Below are positions 28,842 to 38,308 of a stretch of 64,000 nt of DNA, in pieces. The notes below the pieces were generated by a model. It had not been told where the DNA came from and ran no database searches. It saw only the letters and a program-made list of their open reading frames with translations. Every line of letters starts with the position of its first letter. Position 1 is the first letter of the stretch. The stretch lies in NCBI GenBank assembly GCA_963677595.1, contig OY782041.1, forward strand, positions 2,048,001 to 2,112,000, read 5' to 3'. A program made the position numbers and the translations under genes. Source of the stretch: Spirochaetia bacterium. GTDB lineage: Bacteria; Spirochaetota; Spirochaetia; CAKZLE01.

Positions 28842-29942
28842 ATGGAAAAAGCACTGGAACGCCTCATTCAGGCATCACAGATGTACGGGAACAATACGGA
28901 CATGGTCCTCGTCGGCGGGGGCAACACCTCCGTCAAGGATGATGAGGTCATGTATGTGAAGGCCTCAGGGCATGCCCTGGGATCCATCGATGCGACCGGT
29001 TTCGTCAAGATGGATATGAAGGCCATGAGGGCTATCTGGCAGAAGACCTACTCCGCTGACACCGAGCAGCGGGAGGAAGAGGTCCTCGCCGACATGATGG
29101 CGGCACGCTGCGAGGGTGAGACTGCCCGGCCGAGTGTCGAGGCCCTGCTGCACAGCCTCCTGAAGGATCCTTTCGTGATCCATATGCACCCGGGCCTGGT
29201 GAACGGGGTGACCTGTTCCCAGACAGGGGAGCAGACGATCAAGCGGCTCTTCGGGGACCGCTCTGTATGGATCCCGCTGGTCAACCCGGGATACATCCTG
29301 GCGAAGGTTGTCAAGGACGCCATCGAGCAGCATGAGGCCGATACCGGGGTCTACCCCGATATGATCTTCCTGCAGAACCATGGTGTGTTCGTCAGCGGTG
29401 AGACCCTGGAGCGGGTCAATGCCGTCTATGAGGAGATCTCCGATCGACTCGGAAAGGAACTCAAACGGACTCCCGACCTTTCAGCAGTCGAGATTTCCCA
29501 GGAGAGGGCAGGAATCATTGCTGAGGCGATGGGAATCGAACCATACAGCCTCAACAACAAGGAACTCATGGGCTTCCTGGCCGATGAGCAGACCTTCTCC
29601 CCGATCAGCTCCTCGTTCACCCCTGATCATATCGTCTACAGCGGGTTCAAGCCCCTGTGGATAGCAGAAGACGTCTTCTCCGCAGAAGATCCTGCGGCAG
29701 CAGTCACAGAGGCGATAGCCGCTTTCACTGAGGAGCACGGGTCCCCCGCGAAGGTTCTGGCAGTCCAGAATACCGGGGTATTCGCAGTCAATAAGAATGC
29801 ACGTGACCTCTTCCTCGATACCGTGAAGGTTGCGGTATTCACCGAGTCTTTCGGCGGGCCGAGGTTCATGGATGATGACCAGATAGATTTCATCAGGAAC
29901 TGGGAAGTTGAGAAGTACCGGGCGAAGATGAGCAGCACCTGA
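28842..29942 (+). CDS. Class II aldolase/adducin family protein (like the aldolase half of bifunctional RhaD/RhaEW)
   Basis: GGGNTSVK, KASG, RPSVEALLH, HMHP, LQNHG, TPDHIVY, NWEVEKYR. Confidence 0.85.
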   Translation: MEKALERLIQASQMYGNNTDMVLVGGGNTSVKDDEVMYVKASGHALGSIDATGFVKMDMKAMRAIWQKTYSADTEQREEEVLADMMAARCEGETARPSVEALLHSLLKDPFVIHMHPGLVNGVTCSQTGEQTIKRLFGDRSVWIPLVNPGYILAKVVKDAIEQHEADTGVYPDMIFLQNHGVFVSGETLERVNAVYEEISDRLGKELKRTPDLSAVEISQERAGIIAEAMGIEPYSLNNKELMGFLADEQTFSPISSSFTPDHIVYSGFKPLWIAEDVFSAEDPAAAVTEAIAAFTEEHGSPAKVLAVQNTGVFAVNKNARDLFLDTVKVAVFTESFGGPRFMDDDQIDFIRNWEVEKYRAKMSST

Positions 29943-29980
29943 TACACGATACAGGTTTTACCTCCTTTTACCTGTATCGA

Positions 29981-30004
29981 GCCCCGTGAGAACGGGGCAT
30001 TTTT
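29981..30004 (+). terminator. Intrinsic terminator
   Basis: GCCCCGT-GAGA-ACGGGGC-ATTTTT. Confidence 0.7.
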
Positions 30005-30013
30005 ACGCCCTGG

Positions 30014-30328
30014 TCAGTCTGCGATGACCTCCCGGAGGATCATGAGGCCTTCCATCATCCGGGGGAAGCCGGCAGACGGGGCGATCATGAGGATCGCATG
30101 CTCGATCTCCTCGACGGAACAGCCTGCGGCGATCGCCTTCCTGATATGGGTCTTGAGTGCGAACTGGTACTCACTCGTGCTGGAGATCGCGACCTTGATC
30201 AGCCAGCGGGTCTTCTCGTCGAGCGGTCCCCCCTCGGTATGGATCAGCCGTCCATAGGTCTCATAGGCTTCATAGATCTCCCCATGATGGGCTTTGAGAT
30301 ACTCCAGGTTCTCCTTGATCTCGTTCAT
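30014..30328 (-). CDS. Carboxymuconolactone decarboxylase/AhpD-like protein
   Basis: GPLDEKTRWLIKVAIS...THIRKAIAAGCSVEEIEH...AGFP. Confidence 0.82.
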   Translation of the reverse strand: MNEIKENLEYLKAHHGEIYEAYETYGRLIHTEGGPLDEKTRWLIKVAISSTSEYQFALKTHIRKAIAAGCSVEEIEHAILMIAPSAGFPRMMEGLMILREVIAD

Positions 30329-30373
30329 CGTCTCCTCCTGTACTTCTATGTGCTCCTGCTAAAAAGGCAGGTA

Positions 30374-31114
30374 TCAGTATCCTGAGGTCACCCCGACCCC
30401 GGCATCGACCCGGAGGTTGACCCCGGTAATGGCGGAAGACATCGTACTTGCAATGAATAGTGCCGCATACGATACCTCATCAGCAGAAACAAGCCTTCCA
30501 AGTGGCGAAGCGGCTATGAAACGGTTGACGCCGTCAGGCCAAGCCTCCTCGATACCCTCCTTGTGGATCACACCGGGGGATATTCCGTTGACCCTGATCC
30601 CGAGCGACCCGAGCTCGAGGGCGGCACTCCTGGTGAACTGCAGCAGGGCCCCCTTCGTCGCATCATACATGGCATGGGATCGTGCCGGGGCGTCCGCCTC
30701 AATCGAGAGGATGTTGATCACCGAGCGGTCCCTGTGGTCAGGGACGGAGCGGGCAAGGAGGGAAGTCAGCTGCATCGGTGCGAAGAGGTTCACCTCAGAG
30801 AAGGTGAGCATATGATCCCGCGTGAGGTCGGTGATGGGCAGGAGATCCTGTATCCCTGCGTTGTTGATGATCACATCAGGACAGGGAATGGAAGCGAAGA
30901 GAGACTCGATCTCCTCCATGCTCTTCAGGTCCGCTTTGAGCAGCTGGTAGGGGTAGTTCAGCTCCTTCGCTGCCCACATGGTCCGCCCCTCGTCCCAGCG
31001 GGTGGAGTGTAAGAACACTGCTGCGCCTGCAGCCGAGAACCTGGTTGCCAGGGACTTCCCCAGCAGCCCGGTACTGCCGGTGATCAGGACGTTCTTCCCA
31101 GTAAGATCGATCAT
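30374..31114 (-). CDS. SDR family oxidoreductase
   Basis: TGSTGLLG, INNAG, YDATK, IRVNGISPG. Confidence 0.88.
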   Translation of the reverse strand: MIDLTGKNVLITGSTGLLGKSLATRFSAAGAAVFLHSTRWDEGRTMWAAKELNYPYQLLKADLKSMEEIESLFASIPCPDVIINNAGIQDLLPITDLTRDHMLTFSEVNLFAPMQLTSLLARSVPDHRDRSVINILSIEADAPARSHAMYDATKGALLQFTRSAALELGSLGIRVNGISPGVIHKEGIEEAWPDGVNRFIAASPLGRLVSADEVSYAALFIASTMSSAITGVNLRVDAGVGVTSGY

Positions 31115-31208
31115 TGATGATTCCTCCAACTCTTATCATACAGGGGGTTGGGACAGCCGGCAAGTCATACCGTTCCATCTCCCCCCGATTCGTGATAGAC
31201 TCAACAGT

Positions 31209-33053
31209 ATGTCACAAGAAGAAAGAATCTGTGAACCAGGTGCCCTGGTTCTCTACAAGAAGAAACCTGCGAAGGTGACGGCAGTCGATGCCAAGATCCA
31301 CCTGCAGCTCGAGAATGCCAAGACCGTACAGGTCCGTGAGAAGGATATAACCGTCCTCCATCCCGGTAAACTGAACTCGCTGGGAGAGCTTGAGACCCTC
31401 CCCGAACCGGAGGAGGATCTCGCGGAAGTCTGCGAGATGCTCGAAGAGACCTCTGACATCGCCGAGTTCGCCGAGCTGGCCTACGGGGAGTATACCCCCG
31501 TGACCGCCTGGGCGGTCTGCGGCCTGCTCGACGACGGCCTCTTCATCACCGGCGAGCCGGGGAGTATCATCGTGGTGGAGCCTGGGCAAAGGGAAGCCAT
31601 CCTGGCTGAACGGAGGGAGAAAGCAGAGAAGCAGGCAGCATGGGAAGCCTTCATCGCGCGTGTGAAGACACGCAAGCTGGAGGAGGGGGACCGTACTAGT
31701 TTCTTTGATGTCGAGAACCTCGCCTACGGGAAGAGCCCGGTAAGCAGGCTGCTCAAGGAGCTGAAGATCTCTGAGGATCCCGAGCATGCACATGAGTTAC
31801 TCCTCAAGATGGGGATCTGGGATGAATACATCGACCCCTTCCCCTCACGAATGGGGGTGAGTACTGATGTCGCCTACCCCGGGATCGGGGAGATGAAGGC
31901 TGAAGAGCGGATCGACCTCACGCACTTGGCAGCCTATGCGATAGATGATGAGGGGTCGAAGGACCCGGATGATGCGGTCAGCATCGACGGGGACCGTCTG
32001 TGGGTCCATGTGGCTGATGTATCGGCTGCCGTGACCCCGGGAAGCGAGGCGGACCTGGAAGCAAAGGAGCTCGGGTCCAACCTCTACCTCCCCAACGGGG
32101 TGAGGACCATGCTCCACCCTGATGCAGCCGAGATCTTCGGGATGGGACTCAATGAGACCTCCCCGGCATTCTCCTTCGGGATCGTGCTCGATGGGGAGGG
32201 GGAGATCACTGATACGCAGGTCTGTCTCTCAACCGTTAAGGTCACGAGGCTGACCTATGGGGAGGCACAGGAGCGGATGGCAGAGCCCGGCCTTGCCTCG
32301 ATCTGGGAGTTCGTAGAGCGGTACCGGAAGAGGCGTGCTGCCTCCGGGGCGATCGAGCTCAATATTCCTGAGGTGAAGACCCGGGTCGATGAGGAGGGCA
32401 TCGTCTCTATAACCCCGATCGTCCCCCACCAGTCACGGGACCTCGTAGGGAATGCCATGATCATGGCAGGGGAGGCTGCTGCCCTCTTCGCGGTGCAGCA
32501 TGAGATCCCCTTCCCCTTTACCGTGCAGATGCCGCCCGATGTCATCCCTGAGCCTGCAGGCACCATCACAGAGATGTTCAAGATGCGGCGGAAGTTCCGC
32601 CCGAGCGAGCTGCGGCTCTCCCCGGATGTCCATTCAGGACTCGGGGTGCATGCCTACAGCAGGGTGACCAGCCCGCTGAGGCGGTACCTCGACCTGCTGG
32701 CACACCAGCAGCTGAGGGCATACCTCCAAGGGAGTGAACTCCTGGACGAGGAGACGATCCTCGAGCGGGGAAGCATAGCCTTCGAGGGGGCGAAGCAGAT
32801 GCAGCGGGTGGAACGCGAGTCCACCAGGCACTGGAAGCTCGTCTACCTCCTGCAGAACCCGGGGTGGACCGGTACGGGTGTCGTCTTCGAGATCCACAAG
32901 AAGGACATCTTCCTCTTCATCGAGGAGCTGGCCATGGAGGTCTCGGTCCCGGCGATCCCGGGTGTCGAGCTCGATGAGGAGCTGCAGCTGACACTCGAGC
33001 ACGTGAACATCCCATACAGGACTGCGACCTTCTCGGCAGAACGGAGATCATGA
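31209..33053 (+). CDS. RNB-domain exoribonuclease (RNase II family)
   Basis: IDDEGSKDPDDAVS, VHVADV, YLP, HSGLG, TSPLRRYLDL. Confidence 0.9.
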   Translation: MSQEERICEPGALVLYKKKPAKVTAVDAKIHLQLENAKTVQVREKDITVLHPGKLNSLGELETLPEPEEDLAEVCEMLEETSDIAEFAELAYGEYTPVTAWAVCGLLDDGLFITGEPGSIIVVEPGQREAILAERREKAEKQAAWEAFIARVKTRKLEEGDRTSFFDVENLAYGKSPVSRLLKELKISEDPEHAHELLLKMGIWDEYIDPFPSRMGVSTDVAYPGIGEMKAEERIDLTHLAAYAIDDEGSKDPDDAVSIDGDRLWVHVADVSAAVTPGSEADLEAKELGSNLYLPNGVRTMLHPDAAEIFGMGLNETSPAFSFGIVLDGEGEITDTQVCLSTVKVTRLTYGEAQERMAEPGLASIWEFVERYRKRRAASGAIELNIPEVKTRVDEEGIVSITPIVPHQSRDLVGNAMIMAGEAAALFAVQHEIPFPFTVQMPPDVIPEPAGTITEMFKMRRKFRPSELRLSPDVHSGLGVHAYSRVTSPLRRYLDLLAHQQLRAYLQGSELLDEETILERGSIAFEGAKQMQRVERESTRHWKLVYLLQNPGWTGTGVVFEIHKKDIFLFIEELAMEVSVPAIPGVELDEELQLTLEHVNIPYRTATFSAERRS

Positions 33054-33835
33054 ACACCATAACCGATGAGCAGGTACGCAGCCTGACCGGCTGGTTCGAT
33101 GCCTATACCACAGGCATCCTCGAAGCAGAAGGTGGGGATGAGCATATACAGCTCAAGATCGACCATACGAGAAGGGTCTGTGATGAGATCCTGATGATTG
33201 GCCGATCAGAAAGACTGGATGAGGCTTCATTGAATCTCGCCTATATCATAGCTCTTTTCCATGATATTGGCCGGTTCGACCAGTTCGCTGCCTATAGGAC
33301 ATTCGTAGATAACGATTCAGTCGATCATGCAGCTTACGGGGTCACTGTTCTTAAGAAGGAGCATGTCCTGAATGAGCTGGGAGATGAAGTCAGGGAGACC
33401 ATCTTCACAGCAATAGAACACCATAACAAGGCGTACCTGCCGGACGAATCGGATGAGAACCTGCTCTACCTGAAGCTGGTCCGCGATGCCGACAAGCTCG
33501 ATATTTACAAGGTGGTCACCGACTACTACGGCAGGAGCGAGGCGAGCGAGAACAAGGTCATCCAGCTCGGGCTCCCAGACTCGGAGGAGATCAGTCCTGC
33601 GGTGATAAATGACATAGAGGAGAAGCACATCGTCCTCTCAGCCCACCTGCAGAACCTCAACGACTTCAAGCTGCTGCAGGCAGCCTGGGTATTCGACTGC
33701 AACTTCACGGCAACCTACCAGGCGATCCGGGAGAGAGGGTACCTGGGGCTCATAGCGTCACACCTGCCGAAGACGGAGCAGGTGAGGGGGATATTCCAAT
33801 CCCTTGATGCCTATCTGGAAGAACGATGTGATTGA
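33050..33835 (+). CDS. HD-domain phosphohydrolase
   Basis: KIDHTRRV, LFHDIGRF, DHA, HHN, RDADKLDI. Confidence 0.88.
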   Translation: MNTITDEQVRSLTGWFDAYTTGILEAEGGDEHIQLKIDHTRRVCDEILMIGRSERLDEASLNLAYIIALFHDIGRFDQFAAYRTFVDNDSVDHAAYGVTVLKKEHVLNELGDEVRETIFTAIEHHNKAYLPDESDENLLYLKLVRDADKLDIYKVVTDYYGRSEASENKVIQLGLPDSEEISPAVINDIEEKHIVLSAHLQNLNDFKLLQAAWVFDCNFTATYQAIRERGYLGLIASHLPKTEQVRGIFQSLDAYLEERCD

Positions 33836-33938
33836 GGGACAGCTTCCTCTTCCCTGTTCATGATCCGCTTTCTCATGCACATACAGAGATCGGGAATAAA
33901 CCCTCCTCAGGGATATGTGAGGAGGGTATCCCTGGTGA

Positions 33939-36758
33939 TCACGGAATAGCCTCCCATGCATCGATGTTCGCAGTCTCATCGGAGGATCCGATGATGACTT
34001 CCGTAGTATCGAGGAGTGTGTCATCAGCGCTGTTGATTCCTGGTGATGTCTTGTCTCCGGAGGATATGCTGCTGCTGGAATCCAGGTCTGCGATCACGCA
34101 GAGATGATAGGTCCCTGCTGCGATATCCTTGATCTCATAGGCTGCAGTATTGCCTGCTGTGGTTACGACCACACTGTACGCAGGGTGTATGTCAGCATTC
34201 ATCGATACCGTTTCAGAGGTGAACAGGCCGACGAATACCGGTGTATCGTCAGGAGCTGTCAGCGAGATCAATCCAGAGAGTGTTTTGCCGGGTTCCGTGA
34301 ATGTATAGGTCCCGGAGACGGGAGCCGATGCATCCCTGTACACACCGGTCCTTGTCCCTCCTGGTTCTGATCCTTCTCCGTAATCCACGATCTCATCGAA
34401 GGCCACTGCAGTCACCGTTGTCGTATCTCCATATGCGATAGGGAACGTACTTCCAGACCACTCTGTCGTTGTCCCAGCATCATCGATCACCGGCAGGCCA
34501 TCCACTAGGGATACCGCAGGCTCAGACCCGTCAAGGGTGTAGTAGACCTTCATATAGGTGGAACCTTCCTGCTCCTGGAAGGATACCTGTAATCCATCAT
34601 CGAACGGGCTGTCAAGGGGAGCCGGCTGCAGTTTCGGGGGATAGGAGTAGATGCTATAGTATGTGAGGTTATTGGCAACGATCTCGAACCGGGTCAGGCT
34701 GAACCGTATATCAGTCTCAAGCCGGTGATTGTCGGTGCCCTGACCATAGAAACCACGTTGGAGCGGGAACATCTCATCAGTATCGCCCCAGTACATATAG
34801 TCCCCGTCAGAACCTTCTGTTTGCGGGATGAATGAGAGGAAACGGCGGTCGAACTCAAGAGCAGTTACTTCAGATACATCGTCAGTACTTCTCCCAAGGC
34901 AGTCCTCACCCATGCGCATCTCCACATCCATGATTAGCTCGATCTGCACTTCTAGGATCTTGTCAGCGAAGTAGTTCGGATCGTCCTCATTCTCCGGGGG
35001 GTCATAGGAATAGGGTGTTGGGCCGTTATCAGGTGCCCAGCGATTACCCAGGACGCAGAGACGGCCTTTTGCCATATCGAACATAGTCGGGGCTACAGGG
35101 ATTTCAATGAATCCACCAGCCTCAATCTTGCCTTGGTACTTACATGGGCTGTCGTCATAGACATTGCTGATGAGTCCGGAGTCATAGGCATATACCCCAA
35201 AGTTGTCGGTCATATTCGGTCTGGAGATGATCAGGTCAGAAGCTAATCTCGATGTCTCATAGATGAATGTGGACATGTCCTCAGCCCCGAGATGGTAGTC
35301 CTCCTCATGGTAGACCATATTCACCTCAGCAGTCCTGCCTGTATTGTCCACCCCGCCTCTGATGTTTGCCGTGTTCGTCGTATCACCAAGGGTGATCGGG
35401 GTGCTGTCGATCGGGTTCCCGTCATCATCCAGGTCGTATACCCCGTACCCTCCAGGGTTGTTTTCCTTCGTTGGTTCACCATCACCTGTATAATTGAAAG
35501 TTGTTCCAGCATAGTCAGCCTCACAGATATAGGGAGTAAGGAATTGGACATTCTCCTGATCCCAGCCGTTCATCATGGTGCCAGGTATCGTCAGGTACAT
35601 GCTGGATGTTTCAGGATTACTTGGGCGTTTATCACCATTAGTCAGTATTTGCCCTCCGCCCCAGCTTCCTTGTTCCGTAGATGCCATGAAGCAAGGGATG
35701 GATACACTGCTGAAGTAATCCGTGAACTCGTATAAGCCATCATAGGGATGCCAGTTCCAATCTGTATTCCCAGAGTTCCCCTCTGCAGGATCATCGGGAG
35801 CCCAGACCTGGGCATAACCATTAGGAGCAACGGTATACGGGGTTACCGACGGGACTGCTGTCCCGTCGGTAATGTCAGTTCCACTGCTGTCCTTGGGACC
35901 ATCGCCATGTTTGAGGTAGATCCATTTCCAGTCGGACTCGTCGTTCTCTTTGACGCCCAGGTCCCCAGCAATGAAAGGGGGAGTATCATACGGCGGGGCA
36001 TCGTTGAAGTACATCCGTACCGAACCGTAATCCTCGAAGTAGGCTTCAAGGTAGACGAGTTCATAGGCTATACCGGTATAGGTGGTGCCTGGTGTCGGCA
36101 TCTGGTCAACCGTCAGGGAGAATGAGTCCTGGGATAGATCGAACCGCTGGACCGTATCATCGGCACTGCCGTCAAAGAGTACGAAAGCCCCTGCTGTCAC
36201 GTCATCGGTATCCATCGGGGTCCTGGTATCATCCACATAGCCGATGAAGGTGACCTGACTGTCCTCGGTAACAGCCGCGTCGGGATAATGGGAAGTGTTG
36301 ATTCCGGGGAACTGGCTCATGACCCCATCCCCGAAGTACTCATCAAGGTCTTCATCAGCCCAGGGCATGCAGTCAAGACCGGTATGGTAATAATCGCTAT
36401 CGCTGGAGATCCCCCTCCCGTAGAAGTTATGATCGGCCATGTCAAGAACCACTTCATCGGGGATCAGTGCGATATAACTGTATGCAGCATAGAGCCCGTC
36501 CGGGGTGATCCTGTGATCTCCAGCATCTATATCGATCCCCCGGGACCGGGACCTGTCTGCCAGCTGAGTCTCATCACTTACCTTAAGAGAAGATCCCTCG
36601 ACGTCCAGGTCTTCAGGATCCGACCAGGAGAAATCAGGGTTATCATTCCCATCATCATACGGGTCATCTGTCCCATTCGGACAGCCTGTATAGAGGAAGA
36701 GTACCAGTACGATACTTATGAGCATGAATACTACGTTTTGGATTGACTTTCTATTCAT
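33939..36758 (-). CDS. Large acidic lipoprotein with a C-terminal Fn3/CHB_HEX_C-like module
   Basis: 939-aa ORF; lipobox LYTGC; D/T/G/Y-rich; YYTLDGSEP motif; C-terminal GTYHLCVIADLDSS. Confidence 0.8.
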   Translation of the reverse strand: MNRKSIQNVVFMLISIVLVLFLYTGCPNGTDDPYDDGNDNPDFSWSDPEDLDVEGSSLKVSDETQLADRSRSRGIDIDAGDHRITPDGLYAAYSYIALIPDEVVLDMADHNFYGRGISSDSDYYHTGLDCMPWADEDLDEYFGDGVMSQFPGINTSHYPDAAVTEDSQVTFIGYVDDTRTPMDTDDVTAGAFVLFDGSADDTVQRFDLSQDSFSLTVDQMPTPGTTYTGIAYELVYLEAYFEDYGSVRMYFNDAPPYDTPPFIAGDLGVKENDESDWKWIYLKHGDGPKDSSGTDITDGTAVPSVTPYTVAPNGYAQVWAPDDPAEGNSGNTDWNWHPYDGLYEFTDYFSSVSIPCFMASTEQGSWGGGQILTNGDKRPSNPETSSMYLTIPGTMMNGWDQENVQFLTPYICEADYAGTTFNYTGDGEPTKENNPGGYGVYDLDDDGNPIDSTPITLGDTTNTANIRGGVDNTGRTAEVNMVYHEEDYHLGAEDMSTFIYETSRLASDLIISRPNMTDNFGVYAYDSGLISNVYDDSPCKYQGKIEAGGFIEIPVAPTMFDMAKGRLCVLGNRWAPDNGPTPYSYDPPENEDDPNYFADKILEVQIELIMDVEMRMGEDCLGRSTDDVSEVTALEFDRRFLSFIPQTEGSDGDYMYWGDTDEMFPLQRGFYGQGTDNHRLETDIRFSLTRFEIVANNLTYYSIYSYPPKLQPAPLDSPFDDGLQVSFQEQEGSTYMKVYYTLDGSEPAVSLVDGLPVIDDAGTTTEWSGSTFPIAYGDTTTVTAVAFDEIVDYGEGSEPGGTRTGVYRDASAPVSGTYTFTEPGKTLSGLISLTAPDDTPVFVGLFTSETVSMNADIHPAYSVVVTTAGNTAAYEIKDIAAGTYHLCVIADLDSSSSISSGDKTSPGINSADDTLLDTTEVIIGSSDETANIDAWEAIP

Positions 36759-36910
36759 CGTGAATCCCCCATGTGCAAAGGATGGCAGGGGACCTGAGCA
36801 CTGGAGAATCAGTATCGGGGGGAAGCCGGCTGCATTCCTACCTTTACATAGTGTATCACAGGGAAGGTGAGGATGACAGGTTGAGAAAGGAATTTTGCAT
36901 ATGCTATCTG

Positions 36911-38158
36911 TTACTTGCTCTCTTCGACGGCCAGGTAGGATTCCCGTTCCTCCAGGTGGTCTGCCTTGGTAAGCAGCCTGTCCTTCGTGAGCGATATCAG
37001 AGCCGACCCGATCGGGGCGGTGATGATGATGCTCATGACTGCTACCGCGAGGATGACCATGCCTGCTTTGGTGTCCATGCCGTTGGCCTGCATGGCGATA
37101 AGCGGGTAGGAGCCGATGGCGGCCTGGACCGTGGCCTTAGGGAGGTAGGAGAGGGTGATGAAGAGCTTCTCCTTCCTGTTGAAGCTGCTTTTCAGCAGGC
37201 AGAACTGCACACCGATGGACCTTCCGATCAGCCCGATCCCGATGACCGCGATACCGTTCAGCCCGGCATCGATCGCCGTGGGGATGTCGACCTCGGCGCC
37301 GATGAGTGCGAAGAGGAGGATCTGCGCGAAGACCCAGACCTTGCCGAGTTTCGATGAGATCTCATGGGCCATGTGTTCGTTCTTCTCGAGGATGAAGAAC
37401 CCGATCGCCATGATCGCGAGCAGTGCTGAGAACGGCAGGAGCGTATTCACCTCGTCCTGGAAGGAGAGCAGCATGATGGCGATCCCCATGACGATGAGGG
37501 CCCGTTTCGTTGCCCTTGGGTCGAGCTTCCTGAAGAGCCAGTAGCAGGCGAACCCGATGGCGGTGCCGACGGCAGCACCGGTGAGTACCGATATTGGGAC
37601 TGAGAGGATGTTCCCTGCCAGGTTCACCGAATCCCCGACATAGATGCCGATGAAGGAGGTGCACAAGACGATAGCGATCGCATCGTCGAAGGAAGCCCCG
37701 GCAAGGACGAGGGTCGGGACCCCGGAGTCGACACCGAGCCCCTCCTCGATCGTCTCGATCATGTGGGGGACGATGACGGCAGGGGAGACCGCACCGAGGA
37801 CGCTGCCGAGCATGGCCGCCTCCATGGTGGTGATGCCGAGGAGCTTGGGGGCGAAGAGGGTGATGATCGTGATCTCGCTGATGCAGGGGATGAATCCCAT
37901 GAGCAGGGCCCTGAACCCCACCTTCTGCAGGGCCTTCCGGCTCAGCTCGAAGCCGGCACGGAGGATGATGACCACCAGCGCAATCATCCTGAGGTCTGTG
38001 GAGACCAGGACGATCTCATCGGTGAGCATACCGAGGGCATAGGGACCAAGGACCATGCCGGTGAAGAGGAGGCCGATAAGCCCCGGCAGGTGAATCTTCT
38101 CAAAGAGCCAGCTGATAAGTAATCCGATCAAAACGAGTTCCGCGATGCCGAATGCCAT
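36911..38158 (-). CDS. Cation:proton antiporter (NHA/CPA family)
   Basis: LRMIALVVIILRAG, AVSPAVIVP, GASFDD, YLPKATVQAAIG. AGGAG RBS before ATG 38158. Confidence 0.9.
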   Translation of the reverse strand: MAFGIAELVLIGLLISWLFEKIHLPGLIGLLFTGMVLGPYALGMLTDEIVLVSTDLRMIALVVIILRAGFELSRKALQKVGFRALLMGFIPCISEITIITLFAPKLLGITTMEAAMLGSVLGAVSPAVIVPHMIETIEEGLGVDSGVPTLVLAGASFDDAIAIVLCTSFIGIYVGDSVNLAGNILSVPISVLTGAAVGTAIGFACYWLFRKLDPRATKRALIVMGIAIMLLSFQDEVNTLLPFSALLAIMAIGFFILEKNEHMAHEISSKLGKVWVFAQILLFALIGAEVDIPTAIDAGLNGIAVIGIGLIGRSIGVQFCLLKSSFNRKEKLFITLSYLPKATVQAAIGSYPLIAMQANGMDTKAGMVILAVAVMSIIITAPIGSALISLTKDRLLTKADHLEERESYLAVEESK

Positions 38159-38308
38159 ACTCCATCTCCTCATCCCCCATCCTAGCGGAATGGCAGAGAA
38201 CGTGTCAATGACTGCCATGAGCTGGGAAAATATCTCATTCTGTACATGTCATTAAAAGTGACATATGCTATACTTATCCCATTAGTTTTGAAGTGCAGGC
38301 TGGAATTC

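Noticed and set aside
30978-31208. N-terminal extensions in the ORF track (RNase II, also feoB 44770, feoA 44483, aldolase 28743)
   Set aside because: They overlap neighbouring genes; downstream ATGs with an RBS or ATGA coupling fit family lengths better.
38140-38220. Possible fluoride or other riboswitch before the cation:proton antiporter (GGAGATGGAGT)
   Set aside because: It lacks the complementary stem and downstream pseudoknot elements. The segment is explained by the RBS and a TTGACA-N18-TAGGAT promoter with a short ATGGCAG/CTGCCAT repeat.
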